Shown one piece after another: positions 1 through 20,193 of a stretch of 64,000 nucleotides of DNA; within the stretch, counting starts at the first letter, position 1; the number at the start of each line of letters is the position of its first letter. Origin of the DNA: the human T2T-CHM13v2.0 reference genome, Homo sapiens; NCBI RefSeq assembly GCF_009914755.1, contig NC_060932.1. One strand, written 5' to 3'. Below the pieces are notes generated by a model that was given only the letters and a program-made list of their open reading frames with translations, made no database searches and had not been told where the DNA came from. The position numbers and the translations under genes are program-made.

Positions 1-1773
<1,773 letters not shown>

Positions 1774-2277
1774 ACCCCAGAGAAAACCATCAGCTTATAA
1801 AGTCAATCACTAACCAGCACTTCAAAGGAAGGCCACATGCAAAGGGCTGGAGAGAAGGGAGAACTGATACTCTTGTTGTGGACAATCTGGTCTCATAATT
1901 TGGAAAAATCTGCCGGTGGCACCTGCTCCTTTTGTTACATCACTGATTCCATATCCCCAGTACCCAGAAATTTCAACACAACCATCTCCCTGGAGTGATA
2001 GGCAACAGTTTCCAGTACTCTGGAAATTTCCCCAATCATTTAAGATGTCAACTTGAATCATATGACTTTTTAAAAATTCACCCAATTTTGCTCCTCATTT
2101 TAAATTTCTTTCATTTTTATCCTCATAAGCTGCTCGGACCTGCACATAGTAGGTCCTCTGCACTGCATATTTCACAAGCACTAAATGAGATAAATGCAGC
2201 AACTATCGATTTTCCTGTTTTTACAGATATAACATGCAAAAGCAGAGGGCAAGGAAGGACTAGTTACAGAACAGAAA

Positions 2278-2817
<540 letters not shown>

Positions 2818-2901
2818 GGAGTCTACACTCTTGTGGGCCACTTAGGCCAGGGATATGCCCATGAGCAGAGAGCTGGGTAGTCACAGGGAAGAAAAATTGT
2901 T

Positions 2902-2917
2902 TATCTATCTATCTATC

Positions 2918-2961
<44 letters not shown>
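2902..2961. repeat. (TCTA)n / GATA tetranucleotide STR
   Basis: Directly visible, with one TCA interruption. Confidence 0.97.
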
Positions 2962-3081
2962 CAAATCTGGGACAGAATAATTTATCCAACTCATCAAAAA
3001 TATTATGAACAAAGAGGGAATTAAAGTTAACATTTGTTAAGTGACTTCCATGAACTGAGGCCTATGCTAGATGCTTTAGAG

Positions 3082-3433
3082 CAGGGGTCCCCAACCCCCA
3101 GGCCATGGACTGGTACTGGTCGGTGGCCTGTTAGGAACTGAGCCACAGAGCAGGAGGTGAGGTGTCAGTGAGCAAGCATTACAGCCTGCGCTCCACCTCC
3201 AGTCAGATCAGTGGGGGCATTAGATTCTCATAGGAGTGGGAACCCTACTCTGAACTGTGCATGCAAGGGATCTAGGTTGCAAGCTCCTTTTAAGAATCTT
3301 CCTAATGCCTGATGATCTGAAGTGGAAGAGTTTCATTCCGAAACCATCCTCCTGCCCCCCGCCACACCCCATTCATGGAAAAACTGTCTTCCATGAAACC
3401 AGTCCCTGGTGCCAAAAAGGTTGGGGGCCACTG
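3082..3433. mobile_element. MER1 (MER1B-like) hAT-Charlie MITE
   Basis: Terminal inverted repeats CAGGGGTCCCCAACC ... GGTTGGGGGCCACTG; perfect 8-bp TSD CTTTAGAG at 3074-3081 and 3434-3441. Confidence 0.92.
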
Positions 3434-4319
3434 CTTTAGAGTGGTCGCCACACTGAACGCTCACAACAGCCTGGGTCTGCATGAAATGGTGAGGTCGCTG
3501 CCAAGAGGGTGCCTGGGAGTGGTGGCTTGGACGTCCTCCTCAAGTGTCACTCTACAGCGTGCCCACTGCATGCTACCTGCACACAGTGTGGAGTGCAGAG
3601 AGATGCCAAATATCCCACACAGCCCCTATCAGATTTCAGGTAAACAATGGGGAGAACGAATGAAAAAGGAAGATTCCTTCTGCAATAATTTTAGTTTATG
3701 ATGGATGGGATCCAACCAGATGCCAAGTCCTAGCTCTGTATTTCTTTATTTTTGTGGGGTTGATTAGCCCACAGGCAGCCTGCCAGGTCCCTGTCCTCTT
3801 CCAGCTCAACTTGCTTCAGAGGAAATGCCACACATGGAAGAAACGTTCGGGAATTGACAATTTGGTTACATATGCCTGGGGGACAATATAAAGTAACCAC
3901 AGAACGATGTGGAGCTCTGTGGCTCCCGTCCTGCCTCACTCTCGCTATGGCTGTCCTGGTGAGCCAAGAAAGGCAGAAGTGGTTTTTGCAGCTAATTTTT
4001 ACAGAGCCCAGACACACTTAAATATCTGTTTCCATCTGTCACTCAAATGTAACCTGTGTCTGCACAAAGCAAGCAGGAATAATTTGATACCTACTCTCTT
4101 AGGTCTCATTATTCAAAACAGACAGAAATAGTGGAGTGTCACCCACAAACCAGAATCAATGGTTAGCAGTCTCTGGGATCTCAAGCATATCACCTAATGT
4201 GCCCCTCAGTTTCCCTCTTTTTGTGGGAGGCAAATGAGATCAACCCTGGGGTGCTTGGAGAAATTCTTGATTCTAGGTAAATAAGAGGAGGCATGAGAGT
4301 TGAGTCTTTAGGAACACCA

Positions 4320-4510
4320 GGGAATCAGATCTATTTGAATTCCAGTGTTTCATTTGCAAATCACTTATAACCCCCAAGCCACTGATTCCTCATCTATAGT
4401 ATGGACATGATAATAATGTTCACCTGTGAGGGGCATTATCAAGTTCAAATGAGATAATGCATTAAAAATGCTAAGCCCAACGCCATTCTAGAAATAAGGA
4501 ATCAGTAATC
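4320..4510 (+). mobile_element. MIR fragment
   Basis: Degenerate MIR core (TTCCTCATCTATA...AAATGAGATAATGCA). Confidence 0.6.
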
Positions 4511-5339
4511 ATTTACTTTTTTGATTAAATAAGTCATCTTTATTCTCTATATCAGCAAAGAACTCTTGTTTAAGTAGGAAGCACCACAGAAGAGAAGCAA
4601 GCCAGATGATTAGAATGCATTAAACAGATCACTTGGCATTAATAAACACACACGCACACAAAATCTAAAAACAAAACAAAACATTTTCATTGGTATTTGA
4701 AATGGTCATCATATTAAGAAAAAGAAAAGTCCTAAAACTGGGTGATTTCCCAGACAAAATGTATAACTCAGCGTGATAATCAAGAAAATAAAAACATGGT
4801 TTTGATGTATAGCTGAGGAATGCTGCACAGAGACGGGGAGTGAAGAAAGGGATATTGAGGGCTGAAGGGATTGAAAAGCATAGGATATTGAAGAAAGTCC
4901 ACAAGTTGGTTGAAAGTTTTTGGCTTGGGTTTGGTTTATCTACCAGCCCTGAAAACAGCCTTCTGTTTTCAGATCAAAAGCCCTTACTGGAAATGTATCA
5001 TGTGCCCCAATAAATGCCTTCAAGAATTCATTAAATTTGCACACAACTAACTCAACTAAGAGGAATGCTGTGATAAATTCTTTAATGAAGACCCAGCAAG
5101 ATCACCCTTGGAGCATAATGGAGGGGGTGGAATTGGGTACTGGCAAGGATGGAAAAAGATGACAGACAAATCTCCGACCTCCAGGGATTTACGGTCTGGC
5201 TATAGAGACAAGACAAAAGGGTTAGGAAAGGACTAACAACTTAAAGACAAGTTGTGACTAAAAGGGGCCAAGTTGTCTCAGAGAACATATTTTTGCATAC
5301 AATTTTGTGTTGATTAAAAATACTTTTTCATTTTTAATG

Positions 5340-5480
5340 ATGTGATGTGATGGATATGTTAATTAGCTTGATCGTAGTAATCATTTCATAATGTCTATGT
5401 ATATCAAAACATCACATTGAACACTGTAAATATATACAATTTTATTTGTCAATTATACCTCAATAAAGCTGGGAAAAATG
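5340..5480 (+). mobile_element. L1M (L1MB-like) 3' end fragment
   Basis: GGATATGTTAATTAGCTTGAT...TCAATTATACCTCAATAAAGCTG. Confidence 0.8.
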
Positions 5481-5819
5481 AGATACAGGAAGTTTTTATT
5501 CTTTAAAAAAAATTAAAAAGCTATTTCATGCATGAGTTATTGGATCAGAAGAAAATATCATTTTGCATACCTATTCTTCCCAAAACACCAGAAAACCTAT
5601 GTCCTCTACTTGAGGAAATATTTTATTTAGCAAATAGGTATTGAGAACCCACTACGTGTATTGCACCTTAATATTACAGACCTGCTTTTTTTTTTTCTTA
5701 AGTCCAATCAGAACAGAACTAACCTACATGTGGAAGTGGTAGGTTTCTGTACGAAGGGGCTGTTTTGTCTGGTTCCAGACATGGCCTCTGCAGTGAGGCT
5801 GTGTGAGAGCGAGTGTGTG

Positions 5820-6010
5820 CTTCTACTCATTTATTCTGTGACTGAGCAATTCACTTAATCTCTCTGGGCCTCGGTTTCATCTTCAGCAAAGTAAGCATAG
5901 TAATGGAACCTGCTTTGTAAAATTGCCATGAGGATTAAATAAGGCATTGTATGTAAAGTTTTTAATAGTGCTTGGCAGATAGAAAATATTCAATAAATGA
6001 AGGAATAATA
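5820..6010 (+). mobile_element. MIR
   Basis: CACTTAATCTCTCTGGGCCTCGGTTTCATC...GAGGATTAAAT. Confidence 0.75.
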
Positions 6011-6437
6011 TCATGATTACAGCCTAAGTAATACTATTATAATGTTCATAATCTGTTTTCCGTATACACAAAACATTGATAAATTTTATACCATCTCAGA
6101 ACCAGTGGAACTGAGGCTGCTTGGAATATCCCTTCTCTTTGCCATCCACTTGACCTGACTAGTCTTGATTGGTTCTTTGGGAGCCCTTCAAGATCCCTTC
6201 AAAACCAGGGTGAGTGGCTCTTCTGTGTGTCCCTGGGGTACCGTATACGTAGTCTTGCCACAGCGATGTGGCTTTTAGAATGTGTTATAGATGTGATTTT
6301 CTATTCATTTGTCTGTTTCTGCCTCACTCACTACCACCATTACTGCCCACGAAGGCCAAGGGCTGCATCTTGTTTTTTGTTATTTCTCCAGGACCTAACG
6401 TGATGCCCGACATAATATTAAATACATATATGTTTCA

Positions 6438-6556
6438 AGGAAGGGAGGGAGGGAGCAAAGAGGAAGGAAGGAAGGAAGGAAGGAAGGGAGGGAGGGAGGG
6501 AGGGAGGGAGGGAGGAAGAAAGGCAGGAAGAAGGAAAAGAGAAAGAAGGCAGGAAG
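6438..6556. repeat. GA-rich microsatellite (GGAA)6/(GGGA)n
   Basis: Directly visible; follows an L2-like 3' end. Confidence 0.95.
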
Positions 6557-8015
6557 GGTGGGTAGAGGTGCTCTGGTCCTGGCAATGTAACATTTGTCTG
6601 AGTCTGCACAGCCTCTTCTCTCCCTGCTCTGTCCCTCCTGCCCTATAAAGTGGAGGGAAGTTTGAGCAATGAGAATGTTTTACTTACCCCGAATCGCCAC
6701 TGGAGAAATCCATTGCATTACTGAGCACTGGTAATGGGTTGGCCCTGGTTCAGAATATAGGGTTTTGCTGCCCCTGCCAAGCAGGCTTATGCACGTGGGG
6801 CTTAGATGGTGCCTTGCCCACACCTGTCTGGCTCAGAGACCCTGCTGGGCTGTCAAGGGGAGAGCTGGGCATTGAGACAGGCTGATGGACTTTGACGAAA
6901 AAGAGAACCGGGCACACAGGTCTCATTTATAATCCATTCCAGCTGCTCCTCTGCTGGGGGAAACTGGCATTCTGTTTTGTTGGCCCCTTTTCCATCAGGA
7001 CAGCTGTGAAACCCTACTCAGTGAAGTAATCGCAATAACAACCGCCACTTTGCATGTTGATGCCTTTCTTCCAAGGAACTCAAAGTTCTTTGGAGACATA
7101 ACCTCATTAATCCATCCTGCTTGAAGTGGTGGCTGATGGGGAGGGGTAGGACTTCTTACTCATATTTCCAGGGCTGGGGGATTTAGGAAGGGAGAGTAAA
7201 AAAGGAAGAGAAAGAGGTTTCAGAGGTAGGAAAGATAAGCAATGGTATCCCTTTCCCCTTGAACCCCACTCTGGGACAAAGATAACACTTTGCAGGACAA
7301 TACTCAGCTAAATGTGTGAGTAAAAGACACACACCGTATACTCCTCACTCTCCCTGAAAAGGAAGAGAATTCTAGATGAGGAGTTAGAAAATCTGATTTC
7401 TAGAACTGATATTGACACTGAATAGCTGTGTGACCATGAGCCAGCCCCACCCTTAAGAGTAGTAGTTTCATATTAGAGCATGTGACCTCTTGGTAATGTC
7501 GAAGAAGCACAGAACCAAAAATCAGTAGACTGATGCCTGCCTTGAGAGGGGCATGGTTTAAGATCCTGAGTCTCAATTTTCTTAGCTGTGAGATGAGGAA
7601 GTCAGACTGGATTATCTCTAAAGTTCTTTTCAGTTCCAATAAAACCAATGGTTTTAGAATTGGTGGGCTGGGGAATATCAAATCTGCTTGGGGCTTAGAT
7701 TTTAGGAAAACCAACAACTATTTGTTTCAGTTTTCTATTACCGCCACTCCAAAACTCAGTGACTTCGATGAAATGGTAATTTATGATTTCTTACAATTTT
7801 GTGACTTGCTTGGGCAGTTCTATGGCTTCACCTCAGTGCCCAGCCCACCCTCAAGCTGAGGTTTGGCGGGGCAATGAGCTTAGCCAGGACATGTGAGATA
7901 GCTGGGCCTTGCTGGCCTATAGTCCTTTCATCCTCAAAAAGGCTACACCAGGCTTCCTCTTATAGTGGGGGCAGCACTCCAAGAGGGCAAGCCTCAGTGC
8001 TCGAGTGCTCATCAA

Positions 8016-8190
8016 TCCTTCCTTCCTTCCTTCCTTCCTTCCTTCCTTCCTTCCTTCCTCCCTCCCTCCCTCCCTCCCTTCCTCCCTTCCTTTCTTCCTT
8101 CCTTCCTCTTTCCTTTCCTTCCTTCTCTTTCTTTCTTTTTCTTTCTTCTTGCTTTCTTTCTTTTCTCCCTTTCTTTTCTTTATTTCTTTC
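8016..8190. repeat. Pyrimidine tract with (CCTT)10, derived from an Alu tail
   Basis: Ten consecutive CCTT units at 8017-8056, then CCCT/CTTT units up to the Alu. Confidence 0.95.
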
Positions 8191-8529
<339 letters not shown>

Positions 8530-8569
8530 TGACCCAGAATCAATGAGGGAGGGAACAACACAAGGCCAT

Positions 8570-9017
8570 TGTTATGAGCTAAATCGTGTCCTTCAAAAAC
8601 AGAAGTTGAAGTCCTGACCCCTAATACCTCAGAATGTGACCCTATAGGGTAGAAATAGGGTAATTGCAGACATAATAAAGTTAAGACGACACTGTACTGG
8701 AGTAAAATGGGTCCTGAAATCAAAATGACAAGTGTCTTTATAAGAACAGGGAAAGACTCACAGACACAGAAGGAAGACAGACAAGTGAAGGTGGCAGAGA
8801 TAGGAGTTATACTGCCACAAGCCAAGAAACACGTGGAACTACCAGAAGCTGGAAGAGGCAAGGAAGGATCCTCCTCCTAGAGGCTTCAAAGGGAGCATGG
8901 CCCTACCAACACCTTGATTTCAGACTTCTGAGCTCCAGAACTAAGAAAGAATACATTTTTGTTTGAAGCTACCTAGTTTGTGGTACTTAGTTACAACAGC
9001 CTTAGGAAACCAATACA
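8570..9017 (+). mobile_element. MLT1 (MLT1A/B-like) solo LTR
   Basis: TGTTATG start, CCTCAGAATGTGACC, ACCTTGATTTCAGACTTCTG, and AAACCAATACA end. Confidence 0.85.
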
Positions 9018-9145
9018 GGCCCAAACACTGGGCAACATGGTTCTTTGGGAACCATTAGTGTAACAATCTAACATATCACCTATTTTAATGGGCATAAATA
9101 CATAAGTGTTATGGGATTATTGTCCAAAATATGAGAAAATGCAGG

Positions 9146-9320
9146 TGTGATAGATTGCAATAATGATCTCAATCCTTTACCGTTTCCTAAATCCATGCCT
9201 TTTGCCATATGACTACATGTCCCAGTGCTGCTAAAGAGGTAGAGTGTATTTCCTCTCCTCCTGACGTTGCAATGGCCATGTGACTTGCTTTAGGGAGGAA
9301 TGCCTGTATGCCAGTTTCTT
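9146..9320 (+). mobile_element. Old MLT1 LTR 5' fragment
   Basis: TGTGATAGATTGC start and GGCCATGTGACTTGCTTT motif. Confidence 0.55.
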
Positions 9321-9699
9321 AAGAGGGTTTTTATGTTTCTGCAACACACTGCCTGCTGCCACTGCTCTTGGAAGCCAGTCTCCTGTCGGAGATATTCTCT
9401 CTTGGTGCTCCCAGAGCAGTCTCTCCTAGGCTGAACACAGCACCTCCACTCTCAGCATGCTCAGGGTTCCAGAGCCATGTGCTACTTTCGGTTGAAACTG
9501 GAGAGAATGCCCCCATCTTTATAGGGATCAAACCATTACCTAGGCCAGCCACGGTCTTCCCTCCTGCTTCCTCCTTTTCCTTCCCTGGGCACAAGTGTCC
9601 CTAACACTTCTCTCTGGTGTCATTTTCTCCCATGCTTAGCATGCATGCCAATAGAAATGAGATCCAGCTTTTCCACTCTGGTTAGAGACATGCAAATGC

Positions 9700-11970
9700 C
9701 TTTATTACTGAGATGGGATCATACTATACCAATTACTCTGCAACCTGCTGTTTTTATTTAACATTATATCTTCTTCCATTACTGTAAACACAAACTCATG
9801 TCATCATTTTAATAGCTGCATATATTTCCATATGCACATAGAACCCTATTTTACTTAATTCTCTATCATGTAACTTTCTGTTTGTTTCCATTTCTACTTA
9901 TAAATAATGCTGCAATAAACACACTTTTAAATTAACCTTTGTGTACTTGTTCAGTTATTTTCTCCATATAAATTCACAGAGCTACAATTGTATGCATAAA
10001 ATGCTTTTTAAGGCTTTTGATATTTGTTTCCCGATTACCTTCTAGAAACACTATATCAATTTACACCCACCAGTGTATGAGTGCTAATTTTTTTATTTTC
10101 ATATAACCACCATTTTTTACAACCTTTGCCAAGTAATAAAGTTTGCATTTATAATGTATTCTTCAGCCCATTTTATGTTTCTTTAGTTCCCTTTTAAACA
10201 ATTGGGTAGCTTAAAAATGCATATCTAATGTTGAATAGAACAGGGATCACAAGAATAGATAATATTGATGAAACTAGAAATGAGCTCACAAAAAGAAACA
10301 GAGAGCAAGGAAGGAACAGATGCAGTATATTGAGGCACAGTTGATAATAGTAGTGCCTCATGGGTTTTTATGTGGCTCATTAATTTAAAGTGGCTAAGAT
10401 GTGAGTGAATTCACACTGTAAGTCAGCCTGCTCAGGGAGGTTGGTAAAGCAGTATAGAAATACCAAGGAAGAGAAGATCTGGAAAAATATAAAATAATAC
10501 ATCAGGGGAGAAAATTATTCCAAAAACATGATACTAAGTAGGAGAAAAATGCAGTACTCAACAAAATATACTGCGGAGTAGCCAGATTAGATATGTGCTT
10601 GCAGAGTGAGAGGACTGAGATCAGCCAAGATTAATGGTTTGAGCATGGGCCTGTGCCTGCCATATTGCTCTAAGATGCGACTGGGTTCTGCAAACTGTGG
10701 ACAAATCCACTTGGTTTAATACCTCTATATTATCTACAGTGGGTGGTGGTTTTAGAAAGGGAAGACCTGTTCTATCTGTTAGCTAGAGGTCAACGGAATT
10801 AAAAGGATAACATTATATCTGTCACTTTCATTCAGTGCTGATAGGAGGAAGTTGGTTCAGCCTCCCTAAAGGGTATATAACATATATGTGTTTGGTACAT
10901 GTCAGAGGTTTAAACATATGCATACCATGTGACCCACAATCCTACTTCTAATAATTCATCCCAATTAAATGATTTAGCATTTACCCAAGGATTTAGCTAT
11001 AAGGATGTTCACTGACCCACTGTTTATAAATAAATTGTGAGAAAATGTATATGCTGAAACCACTTTAAATGCTATTACAGAAATATATTTACTGGAGTCA
11101 ACAGAAAATCATAATATACTCAATTCTTAAAAGCAGGTTATAGAGTATGACACAGCATTTGTATGTGTATGTTAGGGAGGACATGACAACAGTCTGTGAA
11201 GTTCCCATTAAGGACAACTATCATTGATGCCTGAGTTTTACCAGCTTCTTAATTCTCTTTTTATGCTGAGGTAAGGAAGAACTACTGCAAGGTTGTTTGG
11301 AATCCTAGATTTTAAGCTCTCATTTTTCCTCACTGTGTCTTCATCTTCAGAGTGTACTAACCTAGGAGTCTAGGGCATTGGGAGTGGGATGGACAGGGGT
11401 TGACATTATAACTACACCCTGAATCCAGAATCATGACTTTCTCCTTCAGTCCCTGTTTCTGAGTTTGCCCCAATTAGCTTGACTTTTAGGATGGATTCTT
11501 TCTCAGGGACTTCATAGATCTTCTTTAATACTGGCTTCTATGGAGTGAACATCACTCCAAACATATACACACTAAGTTTGCCAAACATAACTATACATGT
11601 TAGAACCTCAAATTTGGACATGTTTTGAATTCCTTTCCCATAAGACTCCTCAGGCTCCATGTAGATCATGTGGAACAAACAGGTATTTGAGAAGAGCAGG
11701 AAACAGGTAGAAGGTGACACCAAATAACATATACCAAATGTATCTGAATCTTAGCTCTGCCCTACTCAGAATATCTTGTCACATGTGTTTGTGTGTATAT
11801 TATATACATATACATAAATATATTAAATATTACTATTAAGTCTTGAAGGATATACATCAGAAACATCAACAGTCTCATGATGGAGTCATAGATAATTTTT
11901 TATCTATGTCTTCTAATTTTCTACAATGATCATGTATTTCTTATGAACCATTAAACATGAAAAGTAAATT
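9700..11970. mobile_element. Scattered old L1M (L1ME-like) fragments at ~9700-10100, ~10880-11150 and ~11800-11970
   Basis: Degenerate L1 3' motifs (AATAATGCTGCAATAAAC; GACCCACAATCCTACTTCTA). Confidence 0.5.
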
Positions 11971-14900
11971 TTTAAAGGTACTCTTAAAAGTACCATTTTG
12001 AACAGCCACTGAGAGGAATCTATTAGTTCATCTTCAGTCATTCTATAGTGACAGCTATTACATTGGTTTTTGATCCCAGTGCTATCAACTCCATTGCTTT
12101 TGCATCTTCTTATAGTAATTTTTATACTTTTTTAAAGGATCCAATCCATTATTTCACAGCAAACCTACACATGGTCTGTTTATTTGGGATTGACAATTTT
12201 GATGAGTATTGTGGAAAGAATAGGTAAGGTATCCAGGTTTGAAAATACATGAGAAAGCCTTACAGAGAAGCTTCATGAAACACTTGGGAAAGCAATTGGA
12301 AATTATTGTAGGATTATAAGGGGTACTGTACAAGCTGGAAGGTTTGTAGTATGATGGAAGTGGCCAAATTTATGATAAAGACACTGCCTTAAAGTGCGGG
12401 AGATGGAATGAAATGTGACTGCAAACAGAACAAATAGAGACTCCGGTAAGGACTGGAGTGGGGGAAGTGAAAGAGATAAACGCAGATTCCAAATTTATGG
12501 TAGAAGAAGAGGAGGAGACACTTGGCAGCAACCACAGATTGACTCCTTCAGTGTCTGTTCAATTTTTCCCCAACATTCCAGCCCCTCTGACTTTACGTGG
12601 TGCTCAGTGGGCTGCCCCACCCTTCAGATCCACCCAGCCTTGATCTCAAGAGTGACCTCCATGTTCATGAAGGCATTCAGCCACTATTTGGTCCAGCCTC
12701 AACCCCACCAGCCTTCTCAGAGATGGGGCATGCCAAAGTTCTTTCGCAAGTATGTAGTGAGAGTTTGAGTCACACTCTTGCTTAAGAGGATACTCTATGC
12801 ATTTTCAGACGTATGACTAACTGGGCAAAAAGTTTAAAGAATAAAATTCAGAATAACAGTGTTCAGCAGGACAGTTGTTCTTTGCTTTCCATGTTATTTG
12901 GGGAGCTTAGGAAAAGGACAGAATAAGATTGGCCTGAAACACGGAACACCATAAAGAGACAGATAGAGAATCAAAGTCCCTGAATGGCATTTAATTTCCA
13001 TGTTGCTGTTTTTCCTGGTCTGGTTTCAGAAATCCTCTGACAGTTGGACTATTTGCTATTTAGTCATTCTACTGTACTCATTTTACTGACAATCAACAGG
13101 CATTGCCTAATTTGACACTGAAATGAAAAAAAAAAGACCAAAGTAGATTACAATGTAAAATATACATTTAATTTGATGGTACTTTTTGAATATTTTCAAA
13201 TAAAATATCAATCATAACAGCAGCAAATATCCACTGTTGGAAGACATTTAAGTACATTCGGGTTTTAGCTAAAACAGCTTGCAATAACTAGATTTAAAAA
13301 AAAAAAAAAAAGCCTAATTGGAGGCTTTCACATTAGGTTCTGACACACAGTTTTTGGTCCCCTTGTGTCTTATTTCCAAGATGGTAGCACCTGGAAAAAC
13401 ATGCAGCTTGATTTTCGTAATAGATATGAGCTCAGATAGTAAGGACTGCATTACAGCAGTTCCTTTGAAACGGGTGGCAGTTATTGCTGGAGTCCAAGTG
13501 GCTGAATCGCATGCTTGGAAATAGGAGTATATTCATCTGTTTGTGAAAATCACCAGGCATAGACCGTTTCCACCCAACACACCGTAGAAACTCGCAAGCC
13601 TCCTGTTACCAGCAAGAATTGAAGCCAAAACTCAGCAAGAGCAATGCCAGATAATTGCTGCTGTTTTCCTTAAGCCTTTATTTTGAATGCTGGACCTTGC
13701 ATTACTATACATTCTTTCCTAAGTGAGAACCTTCTGCCAGACTAATGACAGTGTCCTTCATGAGGCAGTGGCAATTTCCAGCAAATCCCTGACCCAAAAA
13801 AAGTGTCCAGTGTGTGTTAGCTTTTCATCACGACTTGATTAATTACCCCAGGAAACTTCATTTCATTCTGCTTGCTAAAATGAGAGTAATTAGAGCAGCC
13901 TTTGACCCTTTCTTCCCTACCCCTCTTAGTTTACAGTGAGCTGTGAAACGTGATAAGTTAATTCTTAAATATAGACTTTTATGCCAAGAACAAGTATCTC
14001 CTATTTGACTTGCTCTTCCCCCACAGGAAGTTGGTATTGTTTGTTTAAGAATTTGACATCGAGCCTTTTTGTTAGATGAAATTGAAAAGAAATGTCCTCC
14101 AGATGACACAACTGCCCTGTCAATACAGGGTTCATGAACTTGCCCTTTATCTTAATATCTGTAGTAATAACTGGTCTCCTGCCCCACGTGGAAGGTACCG
14201 TTTTCATTACCAGTTTGAACTAAATGTGCAACAGGGCTAGATCCAGTAGGTAAGGATCCACTGTAATGAGATACACAAACACCAAAGGGACTGCATTTGG
14301 AAGTTAAACACTCAATTGTTCAGGTGTTTTGAAACACAACCTTTGATATGTTTGGAGGTGCGCTGTGGGCTAAAGGAAGCTATCTTGAATTAACTCATAA
14401 GTATGAATTTTCAGACTTTAATAATATACTGTTTATTCAAGATTATAAACACGGTTTATGTGTAGTATGGAAAATCTGGGAAACAAAGAAAACTATAAAG
14501 AAGAAAATTAAAACTAAAATTTTTAATTCTACCTACATAGATAACCACTTCCAAAATTCTGGTACATTTCTTTCCAGTCTACTTTGTATTGAATTATATA
14601 AATATATCTCTCACACACACAAAAAAACTAGATCTTGCACTATAAACAGTTAATTGTTTTATCATGAGCATTTTCCCATGTCGTTAAGCATATGCCAAAA
14701 ACATGATTTTTTTGTGGCTGCAAAGGTTTCATAACATAAGAAAGTCTCTCCCATGGTATCAAGAGTACCCTGCATTCTTACTGAAATGCAGTGAACAAAG
14801 AACACCATATAGTTGCTAGAACACCTCAGTTGCAAGAGACAAAAACACAAATAAGTGTGATTCTTGCTCCATTTGGAAGGTACTGCACCTGTTTGAACTA

Positions 14901-15149
14901 AAAGTGCATTCTTGCTGAAACGCAATGAACAAAGAACACCATATAGTTTTCAGGAATCCTCAGTTGATATCTACTGTTCCAGAGTTTCAGCTATTGACTT
15001 CAGGTCTCAAAATCTCTCCTCTGTCTCCTTCTCTCTCAGCAAGAGAGCACTGACATATCTAAGCCTACTTTCCTCACAGATTGAGATCAACGAGAAAGAT
15101 AAAGTACTTTTTTTCCACTCTATCTTTTTTATTTAACTTTTATTTTTAT

Positions 15150-18999
<3,850 letters not shown>

Positions 19000-19553
19000 T
19001 AAGTTTGGGGTAAAAGTGCAGGTTTGTTACACAGGTAAACTTGTGTCATGGAGATTTGTTGTACAGATTATTTAATCACCCAAGTATTAAGCCTTGTACA
19101 TAGTACACATCAGTTATTTTTCATGATCCTCTTCCTCCTCTCAACCTTCACCCTCCAAAAGAACCCAGTGTGTGTTGTTCCCCTCTATTTGTCCATGTGT
19201 TCTCATCATTTAGCTTGCACTTATAAGTGCGAGCATGCAGTTCCTCAAAGACTTGAAGACAGAAGTACCATTCAGCCCAGCAATCCCATTACTTGGTATA
19301 TATCCAAAGGAATATAAGTCGTTTTACTGTAAAGACAGACACCTGCATATGTATGTTCACTGCAGCACTATTCACAACAGTAAAGACATGGAATCAACCT
19401 AAATGCCCATCAAAGATAGACTGGATAAAGAAAATGTGGTAATATACACCATGGAATACTATGCAGTCATAAAAAAAGAATGAGATCATGTCCTTTGCAG
19501 GAACATGGATGGAGCTGAAGGCCATTATCCTTAGCAAACTAACACAGGAACAG
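19000..19553 (-). mobile_element. Older L1PA 3' fragment with 5' inversion; its tail is at ~15112-15149, split off by the younger L1
   Basis: Antisense 19000-19240, then sense 19241-19553. TSD AGA[T/G]AAAGTACTTTT at 15097-15111 and 19552-19566. Confidence 0.85.
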
Positions 19554-19880
19554 AGAAAGTACTTTTCTTAAAGGTCCCAGCGAGACCCATGGAGATAATA
19601 TCTGATTAGCCTCATAAGGGTCACATTCTTCTGTGTAGCTGACTGTCCTCCTCATAGTAAACACTTCATACACATGAATCCCCACATGACCTTACCGAGT
19701 TCTTCAAGTTCTAGTTCATCTGTCTGTCAAATGGGAACATAAACATTTGTTTTATAGAGTTGCTATAAAGATTTAACATTAGGTCCTTAAAAATACTGGT
19801 TTTCTTTTCCCAAAATATCTACTTTCCTTTCCTCCCCTCTTCAGTGAAACACACACATTGCATTTAAGAATTCGTTTCTA

Positions 19881-20104
19881 TAATGAGACCACATGGGCAC
19901 AGGAAGGGGAACAATACACACAGGCCTGTGAACGGGGGGTGGTTGTGGGGAGAGAGAGCATCAGAAAAAATAACTAATTCATGCCTGGCTTAATACCTAG
20001 CTGATGGGTTGATAGGTGCAGGAAACCACTATAGCACACATTTACCTATGTAACAAGGCTGCACATCCTGCACATGTACCCCAGAACTTAAAATAAAAAA
20101 AATA
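19881..20104 (+). mobile_element. Short L1PA (older subfamily) 3' end
   Basis: CACATTTACCTATGTAACA...GTACCCCAGAACTTAAAATAAAAA; TSD AAGAATT[C/G]GT[T/G]TCTA on both sides. Confidence 0.88.
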
Positions 20105-20193
20105 AAGAATTGGTGTCTAAATGTGTGGCCCATGGCTCTGAGCTGAACAGTTGGTGCAGGAAATCATGTGACTAATTTTTTTTGTTTTTGCAG

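Noticed and set aside
6678-6700. Minus-strand consensus splice donor (GGG|GTAAGT)
   Set aside because: No convincing matching acceptor or ORF nearby; an isolated 9-mer is expected by chance.
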